A stretch of 62,291 bases of DNA, filler included. It is 2 parts of 2 records of this genome, joined end to end, with 100 filler letters (N's around TTAATTAATTAA, not from the genome) between each part and the next. Parts side by side here need not be neighbours in the genome. Positions count along the whole stretch, not along the records: positions 1 to 30,494 come from SRR31156797_119; 1 more part is not named here. The stretch is one strand, 5' to 3'. Below, one piece after another: positions 1 through 9,564 of this stretch. A program made the position numbers and the translations under genes. Position 1 is the stretch's first letter; every line of letters starts with the position of its first letter. A model generated the notes under the pieces. It saw only the letters and a program-made list of their open reading frames with translations, did no database searches and was not told the DNA's origin.

Positions 1-72
1 CTTTTAAGAGAAGAAATAGAAATGAACAGAAATATTACAAGTACTAAATATTATACTCATGTAGGATTATAA
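1..72 (+). CDS. 3' end of a truncated upstream CDS (LLREEIEMNRNITSTKYYTHVGL*)
   Basis: Open frame from base 1 to TAA at 70-72, followed by a hairpin; too short to assign. Confidence 0.4.
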   Translation, partial: LLREEIEMNRNITSTKYYTHVGL

Positions 73-121
73 AATTATTTTACGTGATTTTAATCTTAAA
101 CAGGGTTTATCTACAGTCTGT

Positions 122-151
122 ACTGCGTATAAAATATTCATTATGCGCAGT
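122..151. terminator. Inverted repeat / possible terminator after the partial CDS
   Basis: ACTGCGTATAA-N8-TTATGCGCAGT, one G-U pair. Confidence 0.45.
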
Positions 152-210
152 TGACTTGATATTTAATTCGTGATAATATTTCGTTATCAGAATATTACGA
201 GTGACGAAAT
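151..210 (+). promoter_or_regulatory. SigA-type promoter with overlapping MarR-type operator
   Basis: TTGACT(151)-N17-TAATAT(174) with TG extension; inverted repeat ATTTCGTTA(178-186)...TGACGAAAT(202-210) before the RBS. Confidence 0.5.
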
Positions 211-224
211 AAAGGGAATTTATT

Positions 225-659
225 ATGAATGAATCTCAACTACTGCACAGATTAATTGATATTATACATTTTAAAGAGATATACCAGCAGAATATTTCAA
301 AGCTGCAAAAGCGATATGAATTTATTTTGGAGCGTATTCATATGAACGAAAATATTTCCCCAATAGAATTATCAAAAAAATACAATTTACCTCCATCTAC
401 ATTGACAGGACAATTGGATAAACTGGAAGGTGAGGGGCTTATTAAGCGTATTTGTTCAAAAAAAGACAGACGATCAATAACACTTAAGATTACGCCAGAA
501 GGAGAAAATATTATAAAGAGTCATAAAACGACAGATGAACTGTTCGTTAATAACTTCTTTGGAAGCCTTGATGGACATGACAGGGAAGTATTTATTACTC
601 TCTTAAACAAACTACTAGAAAATATTGATACACAATTGTTATTTACTGAGGAGAAATAA
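225..659 (+). CDS. MarR-family transcriptional regulator
   Basis: 144 aa; wHTH with LDKLEGEGLIKR and DRRSITLKIT motifs. Confidence 0.9.
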   Translation: MNESQLLHRLIDIIHFKEIYQQNISKLQKRYEFILERIHMNENISPIELSKKYNLPPSTLTGQLDKLEGEGLIKRICSKKDRRSITLKITPEGENIIKSHKTTDELFVNNFFGSLDGHDREVFITLLNKLLENIDTQLLFTEEK

Positions 660-660
660 T

Positions 661-1287
661 ATGGGAGATGAGAAAATAATTGAACTGAAAAATATTACTC
701 ATTCTTTTTGTGATAGAAAAATACTGAATAATTTTAGCATGAGTATAAATATTGGAGGTAAGTATATCTTTAGTGCACCATCAGGCTATGGAAAGAGTAC
801 AATTTTTAATATGATTATGGGCTTTATTAAGCCTGATAATGGTACAGTAATAGTTGATGGAATTACTATAACAGATAATAATGCTCATGAAGTTAGGAAT
901 AAAATATCTTATCTTCCACAGAATATTTCACTGCCAAACATAAGCGTAGAGGAGTTTGTGATAGAGGTAAGCAACTTTGGTCAGAACGATTTCAGCAATA
1001 ATATTTTTGAAGATTATATTAATGAGTTTGATTTGCCAAAAGATATTTTAGGAAGCAGACTCCATTCATTATCAGGAGGCGAGAAGCAGAGATTAATGCT
1101 ATGCATTTGTTTAGCACTAGATAAGAGAATTCTATTGATAGATGAGGGTATTACTGGGGTGGACAATGAACGTGCGAAGAAAATTCTATCTTTGCTGTCA
1201 AAGGATATTGAATTGACAATAATATACATTTCTCATGATATTACTCATGCAAAGAGCAGCGGATTTGAAATATTGGAGGTGATGTAA
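661..1287 (+). CDS. ABC transporter ATP-binding protein (FetA-like)
   Basis: Walker A APSGYGKST, LSGGEKQR, Walker B ILLIDE; ATG at 661 after GAGGAG. Confidence 0.85.
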   Translation: MGDEKIIELKNITHSFCDRKILNNFSMSINIGGKYIFSAPSGYGKSTIFNMIMGFIKPDNGTVIVDGITITDNNAHEVRNKISYLPQNISLPNISVEEFVIEVSNFGQNDFSNNIFEDYINEFDLPKDILGSRLHSLSGGEKQRLMLCICLALDKRILLIDEGITGVDNERAKKILSLLSKDIELTIIYISHDITHAKSSGFEILEVM

Positions 1288-2078
1288 TGGGTTTTGAGAG
1301 TATAACAATTTTTGGGGTGCTGGCTGTATCATCATTACTGATACCTATCTTTATAAGTAATCTTTTATTAGGTCTGAAGCTGAATAAGTCTTTGGGAATC
1401 GGAGCAGCAAGGATGGCGCTGCAATTGGCTCTTGTCAGTATATATTTACAGTTTCTATTTGAAAAAAACATATGGTGGCTCAATCTCCTGTATGTGTGTA
1501 TAATGCTTATAGTAAGTGGATTCACAATCACAAAATCAACTAATCTCAAACGTAAAAAATTCATAATACTGATATTTATAGGTATGGCTGTACCAATTTT
1601 GGCTATTTTGATTTTTCTAACTGGCTTAGTAATTAATATTGACAATATTTTTGATGCAAGGTATATCGTAACCATTAGTGGTATGCTGATGGGTAATTGT
1701 ATGAGAGGAATAATCATAGGAATTAACTCCTTTTACAAGGATATTGGGGAAAACAAAGCAACATATCTTCTTTATTTATCATTGGGAGCAACACGCAGTC
1801 AGGCACTAAAGCCAATGATAATTAAAGCTATGGAAGCTGCCCTGAAACCAGCAATAGCGACAATGGCAGTTACAGGGCTAGTTTCATTACCAGGCATGAT
1901 GACAGGACAAATACTAGGTGGGGCTCTGCCTGTTACGGCTGTATTGTATCAATTTATGATTATGATAGCTATATTTGTAGTTGAATACATAGGTATTGGT
2001 CTGATGTTAAAGATGATTACATCAATTTCATTTACAAAGCGTGATATTATTAGGGAAGATATATTTATATCTAATTAA
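1287..2078 (+). CDS. fetB: FetB/YbbM (UPF0014) ABC permease, putative iron export
   Basis: RMALQL, GMLMGN, LSLGAT and GLVSLPGMMTGQILGG signatures. Confidence 0.85.
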   Translation: MGFESITIFGVLAVSSLLIPIFISNLLLGLKLNKSLGIGAARMALQLALVSIYLQFLFEKNIWWLNLLYVCIMLIVSGFTITKSTNLKRKKFIILIFIGMAVPILAILIFLTGLVINIDNIFDARYIVTISGMLMGNCMRGIIIGINSFYKDIGENKATYLLYLSLGATRSQALKPMIIKAMEAALKPAIATMAVTGLVSLPGMMTGQILGGALPVTAVLYQFMIMIAIFVVEYIGIGLMLKMITSISFTKRDIIREDIFISN

Positions 2079-2113
2079 AAATCAATAAATTCTTCAGCAG
2101 TATTATCTGATAT

Positions 2114-2461
2114 TTATAGTATATCTTCCCAATCTGATAGTCTGAAGCCAACTTTTACAAACCCCTCATCAATCAAAATTGGACGCTTTACCAGCATTCC
2201 ATCAGTTGATAAAAGTTTATATTTTTCATCTGTTGACATTTCAGGTAGTTTGTCCTTTAGCTGCATTGATCTATAGAGCATTCCGCTTGTGTTAAAGAAT
2301 TTTTTGATAGGTAAACCGCTGGCTTGATGCCACTTCTTTATTTCATTATAATTTGGATTATTTGTCTTTATATCTCTTTGATTGTATTCAATATTATTTG
2401 AATCCAGCCATTTTTTTGCTTTTTTGCACGTACTGCATTTTTCATAACAAATAAATATCAT
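2114..2461 (-). CDS. ArsC/Spx-family (YusI/YffB-like) protein
   Basis: CSTC, FFNTSG and LVKRP motifs; RBS AAGGAGG. Confidence 0.9.
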   Translation of the reverse strand: MIFICYEKCSTCKKAKKWLDSNNIEYNQRDIKTNNPNYNEIKKWHQASGLPIKKFFNTSGMLYRSMQLKDKLPEMSTDEKYKLLSTDGMLVKRPILIDEGFVKVGFRLSDWEDIL

Positions 2462-2665
2462 ATATACCTCCTTATTGTATAATTATTATAGCATAATTCA
2501 GTAGATTTTATTTTTACTTATGCATAAAAAACTATCAATTTTTAATAGATAACGAATTTACAATATATAAAAAATGCTTCACTTAATTATATTAATGTGT
2601 ACACGAGCACTAAACTTATATATAAACATTATACTGAAATTAACTTTAATATACATCGTTATATA

Positions 2666-2694
2666 TTGATTATTAATTATATAAATAGTACTAT
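2666..2694 (+). promoter_or_regulatory. Putative SigA promoter of small-ORF transcript
   Basis: TTGATT(2666)-N17-TACTAT(2689). Confidence 0.35.
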
Positions 2695-2833
2695 ATTGCT
2701 GTAAAAAGGAGGTATGTTAATTTCAATTAATACTACTAGCGAGATTTTACTTTGGCGTTTTAAGTAAGATGTACTAAAAGATAGTCAGGATTATCATTTA
2801 ATTCTGTAAATTAATTCATTGAGGAGGATAACA

Positions 2834-2983
2834 ATGATTAAAGAGTATAATTATTATGAGATTAATGCATATTGCAAGAGTGAAGGACTGAACACAGAAT
2901 TCTTTATTACAAACTTTGACGAGAAGAAAAAACTGAAAAACAATAAGCTGCTTAGCTTAATTTTATCTGCTGTTACTAATTAA
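2834..2983 (+). CDS. Unannotated 49-aa small protein (MIKEYNYYEINAYCKSEGLNTEFFITNFDEKKKLKNNKLLSLILSAVTN)
   Basis: GAGGAGG at 2821-2827, 6 nt before ATG; intrinsic terminator 30 nt after stop. Confidence 0.65.
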   Translation: MIKEYNYYEINAYCKSEGLNTEFFITNFDEKKKLKNNKLLSLILSAVTN

Positions 2984-3012
2984 ACAATAGAATTAGAAAT
3001 TACAAAGACTAT

Positions 3013-3045
3013 AATAGCATCATTAAATATGGTGCTATTTTTTTT
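3013..3045 (+). terminator. Rho-independent terminator
   Basis: AATAGCATCAT-taaat-ATGGTGCTATT followed by T-tract. Confidence 0.75.
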
Positions 3046-3118
3046 GTAATAATATACTCAAGTAACCAATACAATATCATAGATTATGTGTATACTTAAA
3101 TTAGATAATACATGAACA

Positions 3119-3151
3119 TTTAGATAACATAATTAAATTAAGTTATCTAAA
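3119..3151. repeat. 33-bp near-perfect palindrome
   Basis: TTTAGATAACATAATT-A-AATTAAGTTATCTAAA, one mismatch. Confidence 0.6.
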
Positions 3152-3221
3152 CATAGTAGCATTGTACATTATTTGATGTACTATATAAATTTCATTATGA
3201 TTTTAAATGCCTGCTATTAAC

Positions 3222-4451
3222 TTATGCAAATTTAAGAATAACACTGAACTCTGTACCATTTTCTTCATCGCTTGTGACTCTGATTTTACCATTGTGCCTT
3301 TTAACTATTTCATGGGCAATAGCAAGCCCCAAGCCATGACTAGAAGCTGTTCTGACTCTTGCTTTGTCTACTTTATAAAATCTGTCAAAAATATGTTCAA
3401 TGTCTTCTTCTGAAATATAATTACCGGTATTGTGAACCTTTAGTTCAGCTGAATGTTCATCAGCTGAAAGTTTGACATTTACGTTACCGTTTTTGTTACA
3501 GTATTTGAAAGCATTATCAAGAAGAATTAAGACAAGCTGTTTAATAAGATGCATATCACACTTTATGCTAATATCATTAACTATATTGTGTTCAAATGCT
3601 ATCTGTTTATCAAAAGCTATAGGCTCAAACATTAGAACACTTTCTGTAATAATATCACTTATATTGGAGACAGTCATTGCAGTTTCTAATTTATTTTCAT
3701 CAGATTTTGCCAAAAAGAATAGGTCGTCCACCATCTTTTTCATTCTAAGAGCTTCATCATTTATCAATCCTATCCATTTGTTGGCTTCTTCATTTGACAT
3801 GTTTTTCTTTCTTGTCAGTATTGAAGTATTAGCCAGAACCACAGTTAATGGAGTTTTTAATTCATGTGAAGCATCAGATAGAAATTGTTTCTGCTGATTC
3901 CATGCATCTTCTATTGGCTTAGTCACCTTATTAGCCAGGAATATGCTGATAAATAAGAAAAGTAATATAGTCAGCACAACTACAATTAGCAGATTTATGG
4001 CAAATTGAGTTAAGTATTCATACTCGTGGGTAAAATCTGAAATAGCTATTTTGGTAAAACCATTCTTTTCACTTTTTACAAATGCAATTTTCTCAGAATG
4101 TATTATACCTTCGTTATCTTCAGCCTGCATTATTTTGGCAGCAATGTTTGCTGCTTCATCATCTTCCATTGAAAAGTTGCCGAATGCTCTTTCAATTTCA
4201 TTATCAGAATTCAAAGTGATTACAGCTACTGGTCTGGAATGGAATTCTAAAGGTGTAAAATCATCAAATGTATCTGATTCAAAATCATCAATTGGATGCA
4301 TTTTTTTTTCAGTCATTTCCAGATCATTATATATTCTTCTTTTTAGTTGATCATAGGAACTTATCAACAGTATACTCATAACTGTAATGAGTACTACACT
4401 GACTATTGATATAGAAGTAATTACGAAGTTCCTTTTTAGTTTTTTAATCAT
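3222..4451 (-). CDS. Membrane sensor histidine kinase (CiaH-like)
   Basis: Two TM segments; H-box DASHELKTP; N-box LLDNAFKY; FDRFYK; GLGLAIA. Confidence 0.92.
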   Translation of the reverse strand: MIKKLKRNFVITSISIVSVVLITVMSILLISSYDQLKRRIYNDLEMTEKKMHPIDDFESDTFDDFTPLEFHSRPVAVITLNSDNEIERAFGNFSMEDDEAANIAAKIMQAEDNEGIIHSEKIAFVKSEKNGFTKIAISDFTHEYEYLTQFAINLLIVVVLTILLFLFISIFLANKVTKPIEDAWNQQKQFLSDASHELKTPLTVVLANTSILTRKKNMSNEEANKWIGLINDEALRMKKMVDDLFFLAKSDENKLETAMTVSNISDIITESVLMFEPIAFDKQIAFEHNIVNDISIKCDMHLIKQLVLILLDNAFKYCNKNGNVNVKLSADEHSAELKVHNTGNYISEEDIEHIFDRFYKVDKARVRTASSHGLGLAIAHEIVKRHNGKIRVTSDEENGTEFSVILKFA

Positions 4452-5124
4452 CTGATTTTTCCTTTAATATGTAGCCTGTTTTTCTAATAGTACTTATAAT
4501 TGTATTAGATCCAACAAAATCAAGCTTTTTACGTAAAAATGAAATATATGCTTCAATATTGTTATCCACTATATCAGAATCCGCACCCCACACTTTTACT
4601 ATGAAGTTTTCCTTTGTAATAACGGTACCTGGTGATTTCATAAATATCAGCATTATTTTATATTCTTTGTTGTTTAGATTAATAGACTTACTAGGTCCTG
4701 AAAGTGAATGATTAGACATATTTAAGGAAATATCATTAAATTCTATTTCATCTATTACTACTTCTCCAAGACGTCGGGATACAGCACGAATTCTTGCTAA
4801 TAATTCCTCAGGAGCAAATGGTTTGGTTAAATAATCATCAGCACCTAAATCCAAGCCTTTAACTCTGTCTGAAATGTCAGATTTTGCAGTTAGCATTATA
4901 GTAGGTGTTGCGTTACCTTGCTTTCTAAGCATCTTTATAGCTTCATAGCCATTTAGCTTTGGCATCATAATATCAAGTATAATGGCATCATAAGAATTGT
5001 GTGTGGCATAATATATCGCATCCATACCATCATACACTGCATCAACCAAATATTCTTCATCAGTTAATATCTCAACTAAAGCATTGGATAGATTAATATC
5101 ATCTTCTACAACTAAAATGTTCAT
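4444..5124 (-). CDS. OmpR-family response regulator (CiaR-like)
   Basis: VVEDD, LDIMMP, GADDYLTKPF; wHTH WGADSD..NNIEAYISFLRKKL..TIRKTGY. Confidence 0.92.
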   Translation of the reverse strand: MNILVVEDDINLSNALVEILTDEEYLVDAVYDGMDAIYYATHNSYDAIILDIMMPKLNGYEAIKMLRKQGNATPTIMLTAKSDISDRVKGLDLGADDYLTKPFAPEELLARIRAVSRRLGEVVIDEIEFNDISLNMSNHSLSGPSKSINLNNKEYKIMLIFMKSPGTVITKENFIVKVWGADSDIVDNNIEAYISFLRKKLDFVGSNTIISTIRKTGYILKEKSDD

Positions 5125-5198
5125 TGTGTCTCCTGAAACTAATTTCTGTCATTATTGTACTATTTATTCATAATTATATCACAATTGCTGAAATTGCC

Positions 5199-5242
5199 CT
5201 TAAAAAGGTTTTAAGGTTAATTTAAGTATGTTGACTTAGAAT
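5199..5242 (+). promoter_or_regulatory. CiaR-type direct-repeat activated promoter
   Basis: TTTAAG(5210)-N5-TTTAAG(5221)-N10-TAGAAT(5237); weaker third repeat CTTAAA at 5199. Confidence 0.7.
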
Positions 5243-5312
5243 ACCATTAATAATTTGGAAGACTTTGGTCTTATAAAACAAAATAGCTTAATATACGCAT
5301 AAGGAGAAAATT

Positions 5313-5753
5313 ATGAATAAAACTCTTGTAATCATTTGTACAGCAGTTATTGTTTTGGCAATTGCAGTACCAAGTACGATATTGATTATGAACAAAATTA
5401 ATGCTGATAACCAATCTGATGTAACAGGCTTTGGGGCTAATATAACAAATGAAATTACTGCAGATATGACTTTCGAGGAATACAGCAAAGATTTTAAAGA
5501 TGATGTTACTGATGATCAAATTGAGGAAGCACAGGATTTGTTTAATCAAATACAGCAGGCAATTGCAGATGAAGATACAGATTCAATGCGCTCACTGATG
5601 ATGCAGATTAATCAATTGGATTTATTTGAAACAAGCGGACAAATGGGCGGAGGTCAAATGCCAGGAGGCGGAGAAATGCCAGAAGGCGGTATGGGCGAAC
5701 AACCAAGCGGAGGTCAAGGCGGAGCACCAGACGGCAACGGACCAAGTAATTAA
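5313..5753 (+). CDS. Membrane-anchored acidic protein with Gly/Met/Pro-rich tail
   Basis: N-terminal TM/signal, acidic helical core, GGQMPGGGEMPEGG tail; RBS AAGGAG. Confidence 0.75.
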   Translation: MNKTLVIICTAVIVLAIAVPSTILIMNKINADNQSDVTGFGANITNEITADMTFEEYSKDFKDDVTDDQIEEAQDLFNQIQQAIADEDTDSMRSLMMQINQLDLFETSGQMGGGQMPGGGEMPEGGMGEQPSGGQGGAPDGNGPSN

Positions 5754-5764
5754 ATGAGAGAAGT

Positions 5765-7216
5765 ATGAAATTTAGTAAGCTAAAAATTATAATTGTTATT
5801 TTTGCTGCAGCTGTACTAACTAGCTGCAGTAAGAATACTGAAGATAACAATATACAGAATGCAGATGCTGAAAATACTGATAGCGGTGAATATGAAACAC
5901 TAGAGATTGACGGAGTGCTTTATTCTGACAGTACTTACGAATACTCGCTTCCTATATCTTCAACTATTAGTGAAATTCTTGTTCGTGAAGGTGAATTTGT
6001 TGAGGAAGATGATTTGTTGTATACGGTAGATTACAGCGAGTACTTGACAAATCAGAATAAATTTGAAAACGAATTCAATGATGCACTGGAGTATTCAAAT
6101 GGGGTATATAAAGTAATTACAGTCAGTGCTCGCAGTTCTGGTTATGTATTTAACTTAACTGCTGAGGATGGACTCAACCTGTATGATGAAGGCGGTACGG
6201 CTCTATGCACAGTTGCAATGGACAGAATGGCAGTAGATATTGAGTCTGACAGTCTGAAAGAACGGGACATGGTTACTGTTGTTGTAAATGGTGAAGAGAA
6301 CACTGGATCTGTAAAATCAGCAGAAAATGGTACAGCTGTGATTGAGATAACGAAGAGTTATTATGGTGAAGGTGCAAAGGCAACAGTATATTCAATGGAT
6401 AAGTCTGCTGTAATAGGCAGTGGTTCTCTGTATTACTCTATGGCACAAGAATACTATTATTTCGAAGGATATGTATCAAACGTATTTGTTATTGAAGGTC
6501 AGTATGTAGAAAGAGACGATAAAATATGTACTATATATATTCCAAGTTCTGATATGTGGGATGTATATACCGATATACTGGCAACTGAGACAGGTATTAT
6601 TCAGTTGAATGAAATAAATGTTGGAGACAGTGTAGAAACTATTCAAACTCAATATGGCTGTATTGGTGAAATAACTTCCGATACAAATAATGAATTGTAT
6701 ACAATTCAGTGCCCTTCAGGAGAAATAGACAGCATAGCTGTTGAGGATGGTGATGAAGTTGAAAAGGGAGAGACGATATTGACTGTAAAGAGTCCAAGTC
6801 GTAAAATTCAACAAAACTATGCAAATATTGAAGACTACTACACTAAGATTAGGAAACTGTGTGATTATACTACCTACGGTGCAGTACCTGCACAACAATC
6901 AGGTATTGTTACAAATATCAATTATAGTGAAGGCTCATATGTAGAAGCAGCAAGTGCAGTAATATCTGTTAGTACAACAGATAATTATTACATGTCAATA
7001 GAAGCTGATATACAATATATTGATATATTGACTGTTGGTAAAGAAGTAGGAATTGCGTTTACAAATAATATGATGGCAACAGGATATATTGCCCATATTG
7101 ATTATAATGTTAATAATGACATGCTTAATATCAGAATATCTGTACCAACTACAGATGAGATAGAGGGTGGAGATATTGTTCCAGGTATGACAGGCATTGT
7201 TGAAATAAATTACTAA
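5765..7216 (+). CDS. Lipoprotein membrane-fusion/adaptor protein with several barrel-sandwich (lipoyl-like) repeats
   Basis: Lipobox VLTSC; repeated V.EG..V..GD.L motifs; C-terminal PGMTGIVEI. Confidence 0.75.
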   Translation: MKFSKLKIIIVIFAAAVLTSCSKNTEDNNIQNADAENTDSGEYETLEIDGVLYSDSTYEYSLPISSTISEILVREGEFVEEDDLLYTVDYSEYLTNQNKFENEFNDALEYSNGVYKVITVSARSSGYVFNLTAEDGLNLYDEGGTALCTVAMDRMAVDIESDSLKERDMVTVVVNGEENTGSVKSAENGTAVIEITKSYYGEGAKATVYSMDKSAVIGSGSLYYSMAQEYYYFEGYVSNVFVIEGQYVERDDKICTIYIPSSDMWDVYTDILATETGIIQLNEINVGDSVETIQTQYGCIGEITSDTNNELYTIQCPSGEIDSIAVEDGDEVEKGETILTVKSPSRKIQQNYANIEDYYTKIRKLCDYTTYGAVPAQQSGIVTNINYSEGSYVEAASAVISVSTTDNYYMSIEADIQYIDILTVGKEVGIAFTNNMMATGYIAHIDYNVNNDMLNIRISVPTTDEIEGGDIVPGMTGIVEINY

Positions 7217-7234
7217 ATTTTGAAGGGAAATAAA

Positions 7235-8857
7235 ATGAGCAATTTGAATAAAAAGGAAAAGCTGTTAGTTGGTATTACAATTGGTGTAGTAATTGTTTCT
7301 GCATTGGTTTCGGCGTGGCTGTTATATGGAGACAGCATAGTATCTGGTACAAGTACTGACAGCTCAGAGGAAACTGTACAGGATGAAATTAGCCTAGGAA
7401 TTGTAACAACCGGCGATATGAGTACTACTATTGATGCCAGCGGCTCAGTATCTGTATCTAATACTAATTCGGTTTCTTTACCTGTTGATACAGTTATTAA
7501 AGAAATCTACGTAGAGGAAGGTGCTTTGGTTAAGGAAGGCGATATATTATACACAATCACCAATTCATCTTTGCAGAATGGATTAAAGACTTTGGAAGAT
7601 GAATTAGTTGAATACTTAGAGGATTCAAGCAGTGATGAAGAATACTTTACAACTAAAATCAAGGCAACTCAGGACGGCAGAATAAAGGATTTGGTTGCTG
7701 AAGAAGATGATGATGTTATTGAGCTTAATGCACAATATGACCAGCTTGCAATTCTTTCAACCGGCGGTACAATGCTTATGGATATTGAGGATACTTCACA
7801 GACAACAGGAAGCACTGTGAATGTAAATATTGATGGTACTACTGTAGAGGGTACTGTAATATCAGTGGATAGCAGATATACATGTGTAGAAATTGATTCA
7901 GATGAATATACAATAGGAGCGCAGGTCGAAGTATCATCTAGTGACGGTACTAGCCTTGGCACAGGAACATTAAGACCATCTGAATATGTGCAGATTCAGT
8001 CAACTGATGGTGAGATTACATATGTGTATGTAGAAGAAAATGAGCTAGTTGAACAAGGTGATGTCTTATTTAAGGTTACTACTCTAGATAAAGAACAGGC
8101 TGAGAACTTTGAAATAATAAATGATTTGTATGAACAAATCGCTATCATGAATGAGTATCAGGTTAATAGTGCAGTACTTTCACCATGTGATGGTATTGTT
8201 GGTACTATTAAACAAACAGAGAATTCGAACGTTACAGCAAATGGCGAAGTTGTATCAATAAAACCAACCACTGGTTTTGAAATATGTATTAGTGTAGATG
8301 AGTCACAATTGAGCATGGTGAGCGTTGGTCAGAGTGCTTCTATAACAATTTCTACTGGTGACGAGCTAGAGGGTGAAATAGTACATATTGACCACAATGC
8401 AGTATCAGGCAGTTCATCTGCGACTTTCAGTGTATATGTTTCACTATATGAATGTGAAGCTATCACAGAGAACAGGGTGCTTCCGGGCATGACTGGAGAT
8501 GTTAACATTGTACTTAATGAAAACACTGATGCCATCAGAATACCTCTTGCAGCATTATTTGAGGATAGTGAAGGTACATACGTATTAGAATTTACTGGCG
8601 ACGATGATATCTCAATGTATGAGACTTATGATATTCCATATGAAATAAAATATGTAGAAGTTGGTGAGATTTCAGACCTATATGCAGAATGCTTATCTGG
8701 CTTAGAAGGCAGTGAGGAAGTTATTATGATGAATACTGCAACAAACCAGAACAGTATGACGTTTGGCGGCGGAATGCAGCCGGGTAGTATGACAGGCGGT
8801 AATATGGGCGGCGGCAGTATTACTAGCGGTATTGTACAAGGCGGACCAGGTCAGTAA
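7235..8857 (+). CDS. Membrane-fusion/adaptor protein (MacA/YknX-like, expanded)
   Basis: N-terminal TM; repeated lipoyl-like motifs; SPCDGIV; LPGMTGDVNI; IPLAAL; GLEGSEEV; Gly/Met tail; ATG 7235 after GAAGGGA. Confidence 0.8.
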   Translation: MSNLNKKEKLLVGITIGVVIVSALVSAWLLYGDSIVSGTSTDSSEETVQDEISLGIVTTGDMSTTIDASGSVSVSNTNSVSLPVDTVIKEIYVEEGALVKEGDILYTITNSSLQNGLKTLEDELVEYLEDSSSDEEYFTTKIKATQDGRIKDLVAEEDDDVIELNAQYDQLAILSTGGTMLMDIEDTSQTTGSTVNVNIDGTTVEGTVISVDSRYTCVEIDSDEYTIGAQVEVSSSDGTSLGTGTLRPSEYVQIQSTDGEITYVYVEENELVEQGDVLFKVTTLDKEQAENFEIINDLYEQIAIMNEYQVNSAVLSPCDGIVGTIKQTENSNVTANGEVVSIKPTTGFEICISVDESQLSMVSVGQSASITISTGDELEGEIVHIDHNAVSGSSSATFSVYVSLYECEAITENRVLPGMTGDVNIVLNENTDAIRIPLAALFEDSEGTYVLEFTGDDDISMYETYDIPYEIKYVEVGEISDLYAECLSGLEGSEEVIMMNTATNQNSMTFGGGMQPGSMTGGNMGGGSITSGIVQGGPGQ

Positions 8858-8868
8858 ATGGAGCAATT

Positions 8869-9564
8869 ATGAACGAATTAATAAAATTAAACAATATTCA
8901 TAGACACTATATTATGCCAACATTTACTGTTAAAGCCTTAGACGGTATAGACTTGACTATAGAAAAAGGCAGCTTTACAGCATTAATTGGCGCATCAGGA
9001 AGCGGTAAATCAACTCTTATGAATTTACTTGGATGTCTTGATTCACCAACCGAAGGAGAGTATTATCTCCTAGGTGAAAATGTTGCCAATCTATCTGAAA
9101 ATAGATTGGCCGATATCAGGAACAGACAGATTGGCTTTGTGTTCCAGAAGTTTAACTTGCTTTCGGATTTATCTGCATTGGAGAATGTAGCATTACCAGG
9201 CAGGTATAGGAGATTGAGTACTCGCGAGTGCAATGCTATGGCTGAAATAGCACTAGAAAATGTAGGACTTGCTGATAGAATGCATCATACACCAAATGAA
9301 TTGTCAGGTGGACAGCAGCAGCGTGTGGCATTTGCTAGAGCACTTTTGTGTAAACCTCCAATCATTCTAGCTGACGAACCAACAGGTAATCTGGATTCAA
9401 AAACTGGTAATGAAGTGCTGAAGATGATTACAGACTTAAATCGGCAGGGTACTACAGTAGTTTTGGTAACTCACTCTCATGAAGTAGCAGAAGTTGCTGA
9501 CAGACAGGTAACTATGCTTGATGGCAAAATAATAAAAGATGTAACAAAGGAGAGTGTTAAATGA
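8869..9564 (+). CDS. MacB/LolD-type ABC ATP-binding protein
   Basis: [35 protein letters not shown]. Confidence 0.95.
   Translation: MNELIKLNNIHRHYIMPTFTVKALDGIDLTIEKGSFTALIGASGSGKSTLMNLLGCLDSPTEGEYYLLGENVANLSENRLADIRNRQIGFVFQKFNLLSDLSALENVALPGRYRRLSTRECNAMAEIALENVGLADRMHHTPNELSGGQQQRVAFARALLCKPPIILADEPTGNLDSKTGNEVLKMITDLNRQGTTVVLVTHSHEVAEVADRQVTMLDGKIIKDVTKESVK

Noticed and set aside
1-72. TSTKYYTHV resembles the catalytic T..YTHV motif of tyrosine recombinases
   Set aside because: The preceding LGH motif is absent and only 23 residues are visible
2656-2683. ATCGTTATATA, a ModE-like half site
   Set aside because: The second half site is poor and no molybdate genes are nearby
5637-5750. 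GGCGGA-rich repeats
   Set aside because: They encode the Gly/Met tail of the protein; not a DNA repeat element or CRISPR
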